This document shows, piece after piece, positions 1 to 8,167 of a stretch of DNA of 64,000 bases (positions are counted from its first letter, which is position 1; every line of letters starts with the position of its first letter). The notes below the pieces were generated by a model, which worked only from the letters and a program-made list of their open reading frames with translations, did not search any database and was not told the DNA's origin. Source of the stretch: a virus; IMG/VR virus record IMGVR_UViG_3300044638_008494, positions 1 to 64,000 of that record; one strand, written 5' to 3'. The position numbers and the translations under genes are program-made.

Positions 1-39
1 TATGAGCGTACTGAGCTACCAGACTGCTCGCACCCCGCA
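1..39 (-). tRNA. tRNA with CAT anticodon (Met or Ile2), 5' half only, truncated by window edge
   Basis: Minus strand reads TGCGGGG-TGC-GAGC-AGTCTGGTA-GCTC-A-GTACG-CT-CAT-A: acceptor 5' strand, D arm with GGTA loop, anticodon loop; D arm closely resembles bacterial tRNA-fMet. Confidence 0.85.
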
Positions 40-185
40 ATTAAAAATATTAGCTATCTTACACATATTGTGTTGCCCATTTAGCTCAGGGTCGTGGCTT
101 GATTGTTTTTAGGCTCAAGTCTTAGAAGGCCAATCTTTATATTTTTACATACGTTCGATAAGAATATCTCCCGAACTGTATGCTT

Positions 186-214
186 ATAATATATAGAATT
201 GGTAAAAATGTCAA
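186..214 (-). promoter_or_regulatory. sigma70-type promoter TTGACA-17-TATTAT
   Basis: Near-consensus hexamers with 17-bp spacer, pointing toward the 66-182 region and the tRNA. Confidence 0.75.
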
Positions 215-217
215 GAA

Positions 218-361
218 TTAATCTTCTTGATCAATGCTACCAGCTTTTGATGTGTATGTATCAACTCCATCAAAATCATCTTCATCAGTAGCATAAAGAT
301 CAATAGAATTAAATCTGTTTAAATTATCGTCATCTTCGTTAAGCCAAGATGGATTCAACAT
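218..361 (-). CDS. small highly acidic protein (47 aa), below ORF-track cutoff
   Basis: ATG at 361, TAA at 218; MLNPSWLNEDDDNLNRFNSIDLYATDEDDFDGVDTYTSKAGSIDQED; co-oriented with neighbours. Confidence 0.5.
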   Translation of the reverse strand: MLNPSWLNEDDDNLNRFNSIDLYATDEDDFDGVDTYTSKAGSIDQED

Positions 362-399
362 ATTTTATCTATTAAATATATTGGCAACTTAATAACTGA

Positions 400-477
400 T
401 TACCTAGTGGTTTGCCAATGTAGGATTTCCTGTACGCCTTGTTCCTCCACACGTTCCTTTATAGCTTTACTATTCAT
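400..477 (-). CDS. small ORF (25 aa), possibly translationally coupled
   Basis: TAATG overlap with stop of the upstream 373-aa gene; MNSKAIKERVEEQGVQEILHWQTTR. Confidence 0.3.
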   Translation of the reverse strand: MNSKAIKERVEEQGVQEILHWQTTR

Positions 478-1598
478 TACCAACTTTTGCAAGCCCAATA
501 TCTTGCTTTCCATTTTGGGCCAGGATTATCACAATTATGTCTGGCTCTAAAACTTTTTCTTCTTGCAGGAATATTCTTTTTGATCTTCATGTTTGGATCA
601 CCAAAATTTACTTTGACTACGTTTCCTTTATCATTTTTAACATAGACAGAAAATTTCTTTGGTCCACCTGGGGTTCTGAATGGTTTATTTAATTTAACTT
701 TTCTGCCTTGATATTCAGATCCTTGGGCTTTTTCCCAAGCTTCTTTTGATGGTCGATCTTTATCTCCTGGTTTTGCTGGTTTATAATTTTTACCTTCTCT
801 TTTCTTTTTTCTTCTAATATTTTCCCAAAGACCAGGTCTTTTCATTGCAATATCATATTCAACAACATCTTCTTCACTGAAAGCAACTTCCTCTGCTGTA
901 ACGTATTCTTGCTCATCTGGGCAATAAAAATTATCTTCGTTTAAATCTTCTCCAGAAGCATCTAGCTCACTATTATCTTCCTCGTCTTCCATTTCGTCCT
1001 CTACTTCTTCTTTATAGTTTGAAGACCCGCATTTTGGACATTTTTCAGCTTTTTCGCCTTCATATCCACAATCTTCACATTCATATTCGCCTTCTGAGGA
1101 TTGTATTTTTCTAGCTAAAGCTTGTTTTGCTTCGGCTTTGTTTTCTTCAACAAACATGATGTAGTTGTGAATAGCTAACATATAATCTTCTGTAATAGCT
1201 ATTTTTCCTTGAAGCCAAGGCTCTGTTAAATTTTCTTTTACCATTGGGTTATCAATAGCAGCAATAATATTTTCAGCATGTTTCTTGATAGAGTTAATAG
1301 AGCCAAGAGACATATGATAAAAATCCATTTTATATTCTTCAAGGGATTCTTCGGAAGCTTTTGTAACGCTTTGTTTTGGTAAATATTTATCTTGCGCAGC
1401 TTTATTAAAAATTAAAATCTCATTATCTTCTGAGCCAAGAACAACATCTGCGCTAGCTTTGGCTTTTTTCCATTGAGAATAACAAACAGCGGCGCGCTGC
1501 TTCTGATCTTTAAAGTCTTTCCCCATTGTATTATCACCCATACAACGGGATACAAAATCACTTTGCTTTTCTTTTCCTTTTGGAGTTGGCAATGGCAT
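477..1598 (-). CDS. modular phage hypothetical protein (N-terminal RCM..QR.AVCY module, CxxC/CxxC zinc ribbon, acidic linker, basic C-terminal DUF6321-like module)
   Basis: 373-aa ORF; short modules typical of large phages, e.g. KVNFGDPNM..RRKSFRARHNC..ARYWAC. Confidence 0.75.
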   Translation of the reverse strand: MPLPTPKGKEKQSDFVSRCMGDNTMGKDFKDQKQRAAVCYSQWKKAKASADVVLGSEDNEILIFNKAAQDKYLPKQSVTKASEESLEEYKMDFYHMSLGSINSIKKHAENIIAAIDNPMVKENLTEPWLQGKIAITEDYMLAIHNYIMFVEENKAEAKQALARKIQSSEGEYECEDCGYEGEKAEKCPKCGSSNYKEEVEDEMEDEEDNSELDASGEDLNEDNFYCPDEQEYVTAEEVAFSEEDVVEYDIAMKRPGLWENIRRKKKREGKNYKPAKPGDKDRPSKEAWEKAQGSEYQGRKVKLNKPFRTPGGPKKFSVYVKNDKGNVVKVNFGDPNMKIKKNIPARRKSFRARHNCDNPGPKWKARYWACKSW

Positions 1599-1620
1599 AA
1601 TTATTTATAATAATTACACC

Positions 1621-4203
1621 CTAATTTTCTAAAGTTTCCTTTGAATCTTTTAAATCCTTTAATTTGCAATAAATCTTATTCGATTGTATTCCAAGATCAT
1701 TAATGTAAATTGCGTCTGGCCCCTTCACGGCCCCAGAAATGACTACGATGTCGTTCTCCTCTGGAAGCTTGCCGCCATTTTTATCCATCATTTCTTGAAT
1801 TTTGTTACGGTTGCTGTCAAAAACCATTGCTGCAACTTCGCTTGTTTCATCAGAAATAATTACTTTTACATATTTATTGCCACGTTGAGATGTTCGCTTT
1901 GTAACTTCTTGAACAACACCAACTACCATAACCTTATCGCCCTCCTTCTTGCTTTTAATGTCAATAATCGAATTGAACGAAGGATTCTTTTCTCTATAAA
2001 TTTTATTTAAAGATTGCGAGTATGGATTTCCAAGAAGAGTATATTCATACCAAAAATTTGCCAGATCTTCATTTCTACTATTTAATAAATAGATTTTTTT
2101 GTAAGGCTCATATTTTTTCTTAATAGTTTCAAACCTAGATGGCTTGATAATAAAATCACCATCAGTTGCATCTGAAAGCTTTTTGATATTATCAAGAATA
2201 TCTGTTTCTCCATTGGCAAACATTTGACGGATCATGTTTTTTTCACGATCTGTAAGAATATTATATGTTTGAGCTTCTAATGCAAGTTTAGATCTTGACT
2301 TGCCAAAGCCATCAAGCGCACCGGCCTGAATCATTGCTGAAAGAGCGCCAATATTAATTTTAGCTTCTTTAGCGGCATCAAAACATTCCATTTTATTTGT
2401 AAAATTAGAACGAAATGCAATAACATTTTTAAGAGTTTTTTCTGAAATACCCTTGATGGCTGAAAGTCCGTAGCGAATGTTATCACCTTCAATTTTAAAA
2501 TCAACATCTGATTTAGCCAAATGCGGCGGCAGCAGTTCAATACCAAAAGCTTTCATTTCATGACAAATCAATCTTGATTGCTCAAGGAAGTCTGATTCGT
2601 TAACAGCCATTCGTAGAAGTGCCAAGAAAAATTCTTTGGGATAATTAAACTTTAAATATGTGGTAATTGCAGAAAGGGATGCATATGGATAGGCATGCCC
2701 TGCACAGAATGAATAGTTCGCGCTGTCTTCGAGAATTTTCCAGTAGAAATCAGCAATCTCTTCGCCAAGCTTTAGTTCTTTTGCCTTGGTATAAATAATC
2801 TCTTTCCACTTGGGCATCTCTTCGCGCTTTTTCTTGCCAACAATCTTTCTTAGGGTTTCAGCTTCGCTCAATGTGAGTCCGAAAACTTTATGCCCAATTG
2901 CCATCATTTGCTCTTGATAGAGTGCAGCGCCGCCAGTTCTTTTTAATACCTCGTCAACCTTTGGGTGAAATTCTGGAAATTCTCCATAGTTTGCATATCG
3001 AGCATATTGCTCTGCAAAGGCTAAAGCCCCTGGTCTTGCAATTGCTACCACGGCGGCAAGCTGATCGAGATTTTTTGGCTTTACTTGTTTGCAAACATTA
3101 TAATTTGTAAACGCCTCAATTTGAAAAATTCCGTGTGGGTATTTTAAATCCTGCAAATGTGCATAAACAGTATCGTAATCTTCAACATCAATATCAAAAT
3201 AGTTTATCCCCACTTGAGTACAAACATCTTGCACTACAGAAAGGCTTTTTAGACCCAAGATATCAAGTTTGAGATTTATTTTCCCTGCCCATTCCATGTT
3301 GTATGAAGAAACTCTTTCCTTATCAGATGTCAACTCTGTTGGGCAAAAATTATTAATATTTTCATAAGAAACAAGATTTCCAGAAGCATGAACGCTTTTG
3401 TTTCTCATAAGGTCTTTTAATTGAATAGCTACACCGTAAATATCTTTATTTTCGTCACACCATTTTTTAAAATCTTCGTTATCTTTATATTCATCGTCAA
3501 TTTCATTAATCTTGCCAAACTTTGATTGGATCATAGAAGTAACAGCGTTCATCTCATCTTCTGTTTTATCCCCCACTATCTTTCCACAATCCTTGATTAA
3601 GGCTCTTCCAGAAAGTGTGCTTGTATTTAAAATTTTTGCTGTTCTATTGGGATAACGCTTTTCCAAATATTTGATAACTTCTTGGCGGCGATAATAACAA
3701 AAATCCATATCAATATCTGGCAAGAAGCTTCCATCAAAATAAACAATACCATCCACAATAGTTTTTTTGGCTCTTGTAGCTGAAATGAATCTTTCAAAAT
3801 AAAGATCGTATTTGATTGGATCTACCTTTGTAACTCCGATCAGATAAAGTATTAGACTGGATGCTGCAGATCCGCGACCAGGCCCAGTTGGAATGTTTTC
3901 TTTTTCACAAAAGTTGATCACATCCCAAATCATTAAAATATAGTCAACAAATCCAAGCTCTTGCAGTACTTTAAATTCTTTAACAGCGCGCTCTTTGTAT
4001 AAATCAATATTTGCCCCTTCTTCTTTTAATTTTGGAATAATTTTTTTAAAACCAGACTGGCAAAGGGCCTGTAAAAAGTCATCATTTGATGCATCTTTTG
4101 ATAGTTCAATTTTCTTTTTTTGAGTTGCTGTAAACTCAATAGTGGGACACCTTACGCCATGCAGGGGCAAGTCTAATTTATCAAAAGATTCTAGAAAGTT
4201 CAT
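1621..4203 (-). CDS. dnaE: DNA polymerase III alpha subunit, catalytic core lacking the PHP domain
   Basis: GPGRGSAA, LYFERF, PDIDMDF, KLDILGL, GIFQIE, LYQEQ, IRYGLSAIKG, C-terminal OB fold. Confidence 0.95.
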   Translation of the reverse strand: MNFLESFDKLDLPLHGVRCPTIEFTATQKKKIELSKDASNDDFLQALCQSGFKKIIPKLKEEGANIDLYKERAVKEFKVLQELGFVDYILMIWDVINFCEKENIPTGPGRGSAASSLILYLIGVTKVDPIKYDLYFERFISATRAKKTIVDGIVYFDGSFLPDIDMDFCYYRRQEVIKYLEKRYPNRTAKILNTSTLSGRALIKDCGKIVGDKTEDEMNAVTSMIQSKFGKINEIDDEYKDNEDFKKWCDENKDIYGVAIQLKDLMRNKSVHASGNLVSYENINNFCPTELTSDKERVSSYNMEWAGKINLKLDILGLKSLSVVQDVCTQVGINYFDIDVEDYDTVYAHLQDLKYPHGIFQIEAFTNYNVCKQVKPKNLDQLAAVVAIARPGALAFAEQYARYANYGEFPEFHPKVDEVLKRTGGAALYQEQMMAIGHKVFGLTLSEAETLRKIVGKKKREEMPKWKEIIYTKAKELKLGEEIADFYWKILEDSANYSFCAGHAYPYASLSAITTYLKFNYPKEFFLALLRMAVNESDFLEQSRLICHEMKAFGIELLPPHLAKSDVDFKIEGDNIRYGLSAIKGISEKTLKNVIAFRSNFTNKMECFDAAKEAKINIGALSAMIQAGALDGFGKSRSKLALEAQTYNILTDREKNMIRQMFANGETDILDNIKKLSDATDGDFIIKPSRFETIKKKYEPYKKIYLLNSRNEDLANFWYEYTLLGNPYSQSLNKIYREKNPSFNSIIDIKSKKEGDKVMVVGVVQEVTKRTSQRGNKYVKVIISDETSEVAAMVFDSNRNKIQEMMDKNGGKLPEENDIVVISGAVKGPDAIYINDLGIQSNKIYCKLKDLKDSKETLEN

Positions 4204-4868
4204 TTCTTTCTTAGCCTATTCTTTTTTGAATAATTAAGCAACATTGTTTGTTCTGTTTTTTGCATTTCGACTTTTAATCTCGGAACACCAATATGATCAG
4301 CAATTCCAAGTTGATATGTTGCTTTTGCATCCAAATAAAGATCAGCGTTATTATTTTTAATAAGCATTTTTTCAAAAGTGCCAGATTTCTTTTTGCAATT
4401 TTTATCCAGCATTAGAAGTAAATTACTATTTAGTTCAGAACAATGCTCTGCGCTAACAGCAATATCTGAGAATTTTCCATAATACTCATGAGATACCTGA
4501 TGGACAAGGACATAGCCATATTTTGAAATAAATCTCATTCCATGATCACCAGCAGATAACAAAACTGCACCACAGCTAAACGCTTTTCCATCACAAATTG
4601 TAGCAACTTTTTTGGTAGAGCTTTCAATAATAGAAAGCATTGCATGGAGAGCGTAAACATCGCCACCATAAGAATCTACGATTATGGGAATAATTTCTTG
4701 ATCAGAAGATTCAAGTCTGAAAAAATCTTCCCGAAATTCGTTAACTGCACCTTCGCAAATTTCATTAACAATAATAAAGTTATTGTTTTTTCTTTTAGTT
4801 AAACCTTGTAAATCTTGAATATCGATTTCAAACGGCAAATCATCTTGATTAATTTTAATTTCTTTCAT
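4200..4868 (-). CDS. clpP: ClpP-like serine protease
   Basis: DSYGGDV, AFSCG (catalytic Ser), VLVHQ (His), DLYLDA (Asp), GIADHI. Confidence 0.9.
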   Translation of the reverse strand: MKEIKINQDDLPFEIDIQDLQGLTKRKNNNFIIVNEICEGAVNEFREDFFRLESSDQEIIPIIVDSYGGDVYALHAMLSIIESSTKKVATICDGKAFSCGAVLLSAGDHGMRFISKYGYVLVHQVSHEYYGKFSDIAVSAEHCSELNSNLLLMLDKNCKKKSGTFEKMLIKNNNADLYLDAKATYQLGIADHIGVPRLKVEMQKTEQTMLLNYSKKNRLRKK

Positions 4869-5533
4869 TGGTTTAATAAGTAAAGTTGTTTTTTTAGAAT
4901 TTGATATGTTAGTTCAACATCATACAAGCCATTGTGAGCAAGGCTTTTATCGTATGGGATGCTGTATTTCTTGCAAAGGTATTCTACTGAAGTTTTAAGA
5001 CCTTTTCTATTAAAAGATTTAAGTTTAAAATTCCAAGCTGCTTGTGATTGACCTTCGGGCTTTTGATATCCAATTTCAATAGCTTTTTCAATATTTTGAA
5101 CATCGTATATTCGTTCAATGTACGAGTAATCACTTTTCTTGCCTAAAGATCTTCGAAAAGTGTTATGTATAAAAATATCAAAACCAATCAGGTTAGCTCC
5201 AGAGATTAAAATGTCTCTATCAAATAAGTATTTCTCAAAGTGTTCAAGAACTTCTTTTGGATCTTCGCTTTTTTGCTTGTATTCGCTATGAATAAAGCCA
5301 GTTATTCTTGCAGCATCTGCAGACATTTTTAAATCTGGCCAGAATGGAAAACGATCATATTCTTCAATTTTTTCATTGCCTTGATAAACACAGTAAGAAA
5401 GTTGCCAAGGTCTGGATGAAAACAAATTCAAGTCCTCAGTTTCAAAATCGAAAATAAGCCATTTTTTATTGTTATCAAATCTTAATAAATTATTAATTTT
5501 ACGAGCCATGAACTTCACCCTTCCATCGTTCAA
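4865..5533 (-). CDS. DEDDh 3'-5' exonuclease (DnaQ/epsilon-like)
   Basis: ExoI IFDFETE, ExoII GANLIGFD, ExoIII HNGLYD. Confidence 0.9.
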   Translation of the reverse strand: MNDGRVKFMARKINNLLRFDNNKKWLIFDFETEDLNLFSSRPWQLSYCVYQGNEKIEEYDRFPFWPDLKMSADAARITGFIHSEYKQKSEDPKEVLEHFEKYLFDRDILISGANLIGFDIFIHNTFRRSLGKKSDYSYIERIYDVQNIEKAIEIGYQKPEGQSQAAWNFKLKSFNRKGLKTSVEYLCKKYSIPYDKSLAHNGLYDVELTYQILKKQLYLLNQ

Positions 5534-6254
5534 AGTTAAATGTATCAGAACTCATATAGTTTAATTCGGGTTTCGATAATTTAGATTTGTTTAAAATACA
5601 GCGAAAAGATTGATATGCCTTGAAATTTTCTGACTTTTCATAGAAAATTGACTGTGCTGGGGTTAAAGTGCAGCCATGATCTGCAGAGCAATATAGCTCT
5701 AGAGCATCTTTTATAATTCCGTCAAACGGAAGACCATTATCTTCGACAAAGAAAGTATGTGGCATTCTTGATAGTGATGGTATAATTTCAGAAAATGTCA
5801 TTGTATTTTTAGCTACAAAAGAATCGTAAAATGGAAATGCTATGGTTAAATTCTTGGTGATAAGGTCATTGAAATTTTTCCAATCAATTCTTGGCAAATA
5901 ATAAAACCCATGCTCGCTAGCCCAAGCCCAAATCTTGATCAGGTCTTTATATCCTTTAGAATTTTTAATGAATAAAATAATTTTAGATTCATTTTTAAGA
6001 CTCTCTTCTTTTGTTGAAGCATCGTCTGTGATGATTAATTTTAATCCAAAACGCAAATTTAAATCAAGATCTTTACAATTCGAATATGCTTCAAGAAAGC
6101 CAGTCATAACGCTTTCAACCAAATAAACATCTTGAATGTTATTATTTTTACAAATATCAAGAATGGATTTTGGTCCAATCTCTGGGCTTTCTTTATCTAG
6201 TGTTAGAATAGATCGCCCAGAATAATGGGATGTCCACAAAGGAACTTTAAGCAT
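5499..6254 (-). CDS. stand-alone PHP domain of Pol III alpha (metal ligands degenerate)
   Basis: SHYS, LFIKNSKGYKDLIKI, GFYYLPRID match the DnaE N-terminal PHP region. Confidence 0.85.
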   Translation of the reverse strand: MLKVPLWTSHYSGRSILTLDKESPEIGPKSILDICKNNNIQDVYLVESVMTGFLEAYSNCKDLDLNLRFGLKLIITDDASTKEESLKNESKIILFIKNSKGYKDLIKIWAWASEHGFYYLPRIDWKNFNDLITKNLTIAFPFYDSFVAKNTMTFSEIIPSLSRMPHTFFVEDNGLPFDGIIKDALELYCSADHGCTLTPAQSIFYEKSENFKAYQSFRCILNKSKLSKPELNYMSSDTFNFERWKGEVHGS

Positions 6255-6260
6255 TTTTTT

Positions 6261-6289
6261 ATATTAGAGCTTGTTGGGGCAAAAATCAA
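6261..6289 (-). promoter_or_regulatory. sigma70-type promoter TTGATT-17-TAATAT, 6 nt before ATG
   Basis: Hexamer match and spacing in a short intergenic gap. Confidence 0.55.
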
Positions 6290-7293
6290 TTAAAATCTGC
6301 ACTGCCATAATGAGCGGGACAACCAGCGTATTCTAGCTTTTCCCATGACTGATTGTCGGTTATCTTTTCGTACTGAAATTTTTCTAGATAATCTTTTTCA
6401 AGAACTGTTTTGATAATATTTTTATTCTCATCGAATAGCCTATAGTAAGAAAATGGATCGCGGAACGAGCATTTCCATCCAGACTTTGCACCACACTTCC
6501 ATCTTCTTGAATTATCATAGAGAGCATAATCATTTTTTGCATCTTGCTCGTCAAAATTAGAAATGATAGTATTTACATAAGATAAATAGTGCCGGAATCC
6601 TTCAACTTGCTCTTCGGTAAATTCAAGTTCTTGAAATGGGTTTTTGGCAAATCGTAAAAAAATAAATCGACCAATTACTTTTTTAAAGTTTGGAATCTTA
6701 CCAGCCTTCTTTAAGAAATGTGCTGCAAGGGTATACATCATGGCCTGCAAATTACTCTCAAGTTCTTCGCCTCTAAACTGCTGTTTGCTTGATTTGTAAT
6801 CAGAGATAAAAATTGATTCTGTTTTTTTATTAAAAAGTATTTTGTCTATATAGCCAACAATTCTAAATTCAAGCTCTTCGTCAATAATATCAAAAGCATA
6901 TTCCGAATCAAGAATTTCTTCGTGATCTTCTGGAAAAAATCCAGCTTCAAGACCTACCTTAATCATTTCATAAATTAAACCTATATTTGTTTTTTTTGAT
7001 TTCTTATCCTCTTCGAACATTTCCAGCCCATACTTATGACACTTGGCTCTTAAAAATCTTTTTATTAATGGGAACTTTTCAATATCGCAATCTGCTTCGT
7101 GCATTTCTTTTGCAAAATGTATCCATTTTGGCTTTGTTAAAAGTTCAAAAAGGTCATGGCATACTGAACCTCTTAAAGCTCCAGAGTTTGTTGTATCTGG
7201 AAGCTTAAGGTGATATTTACTCCAATATAGCCATGAGCATTCTCCAAGAGTTTTAACTCTAGAAGCTGAAAGTTTTGTTAGTTCTTTATCCAT
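6286..7293 (-). CDS. PD-(D/E)XK exonuclease, RecB/AddB/Cas4-like, possible Fe-S staple
   Basis: LSASR..C, RGSVCH, GYIDK..ISDYKS, QAMMY; one N-terminal and three C-terminal Cys (WKC..WKC..GCP). Confidence 0.85.
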   Translation of the reverse strand: MDKELTKLSASRVKTLGECSWLYWSKYHLKLPDTTNSGALRGSVCHDLFELLTKPKWIHFAKEMHEADCDIEKFPLIKRFLRAKCHKYGLEMFEEDKKSKKTNIGLIYEMIKVGLEAGFFPEDHEEILDSEYAFDIIDEELEFRIVGYIDKILFNKKTESIFISDYKSSKQQFRGEELESNLQAMMYTLAAHFLKKAGKIPNFKKVIGRFIFLRFAKNPFQELEFTEEQVEGFRHYLSYVNTIISNFDEQDAKNDYALYDNSRRWKCGAKSGWKCSFRDPFSYYRLFDENKNIIKTVLEKDYLEKFQYEKITDNQSWEKLEYAGCPAHYGSADFN

Positions 7294-8167
7294 TTAAAAT
7301 ATTATTTATTTCTTCTTTTGAAGATTCGCCCCAATCCTTACATTTAGGAAGACGTATTTCAATCTGATTCTTGTTAAAAAATTCAAAAAGAGATTGCTGC
7401 ATCTTCTCTGCAGCACTGTTTCCAGCAAAATTATTATCTGCATCATTATTTGTTGATATGATAATTCTATCAGGATCTGCTGCAATTAGCGATTTTAATA
7501 TTGCTCTGCCCAACTTAAGCCCGAATAAAACTAAAAAGTTTTTGACGCCAGCTTCCCAAAGAGCAAGGCCGTCACCAATAGATTCGACAAGGATAATTTC
7601 TTTTTTATTTAAAATATCATCTTTATTTAAAAATGCAGGATATACCCAAGAATCAACAGATCCAAGATGTTTCCATTTTGGGGTATTTTTAGATATTTTT
7701 TTGCCAATCCATCGCCCAGATATTCCAATAAATTCGTTACGGTTATTTTTGATTGGAAATACGTAACGATTATACATTGCACTCTTGGTTGTTTTTGGTA
7801 TAACCCCGCCAAGAAAGAGTTCTAAAGTGCTATCACTAATACCCCTTTCATTCCAATAAGAGTGATTTTTTTGCAAGCTTTCCAATTCGCTTTTATCAAA
7901 AACTTCACCAGATGAAACTATAGTTTCTTTTTTGACTGGTATTTCTATATTGCCATCAAATTTTCCACCGCTTATTTCTACAAGCTTTTTAAAATCTCCG
8001 CCTGTGCCCCTTGCAAAATCAATCCATTTACCAGAATCTTTTAGAATTCTCAATGCAGAATCGTTATCTGAATCACGATAAATTGGTTTTGTGCGCCACT
8101 CTTTCCCGCGATCAAAAAGCGTATACCCCAATCCCTCTAATACAGTTTTGAAATCTATACTTGTCAT
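7286..8167 (-). CDS. dnaG: DNA primase (Toprim) with Cys-less N-terminal domain
   Basis: RYVFPI..GISGR..PKW, ILVESIGD, NND Toprim motifs; adjacent to helicase. Confidence 0.85.
   Translation of the reverse strand: MTSIDFKTVLEGLGYTLFDRGKEWRTKPIYRDSDNDSALRILKDSGKWIDFARGTGGDFKKLVEISGGKFDGNIEIPVKKETIVSSGEVFDKSELESLQKNHSYWNERGISDSTLELFLGGVIPKTTKSAMYNRYVFPIKNNRNEFIGISGRWIGKKISKNTPKWKHLGSVDSWVYPAFLNKDDILNKKEIILVESIGDGLALWEAGVKNFLVLFGLKLGRAILKSLIAADPDRIIISTNNDADNNFAGNSAAEKMQQSLFEFFNKNQIEIRLPKCKDWGESSKEEINNILNG

Noticed and set aside
75-135. tRNA-like start GCCCATTTAGCTCAG on the plus strand
   Set aside because: No proper D-stem closure, 7-nt anticodon loop, T arm (GTTCRA) or matching acceptor 3' strand; opposite to the local promoter
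6286-7293. Cas4 / CRISPR system
   Set aside because: No repeat-spacer array or other cas genes in the window; the context is phage recombination
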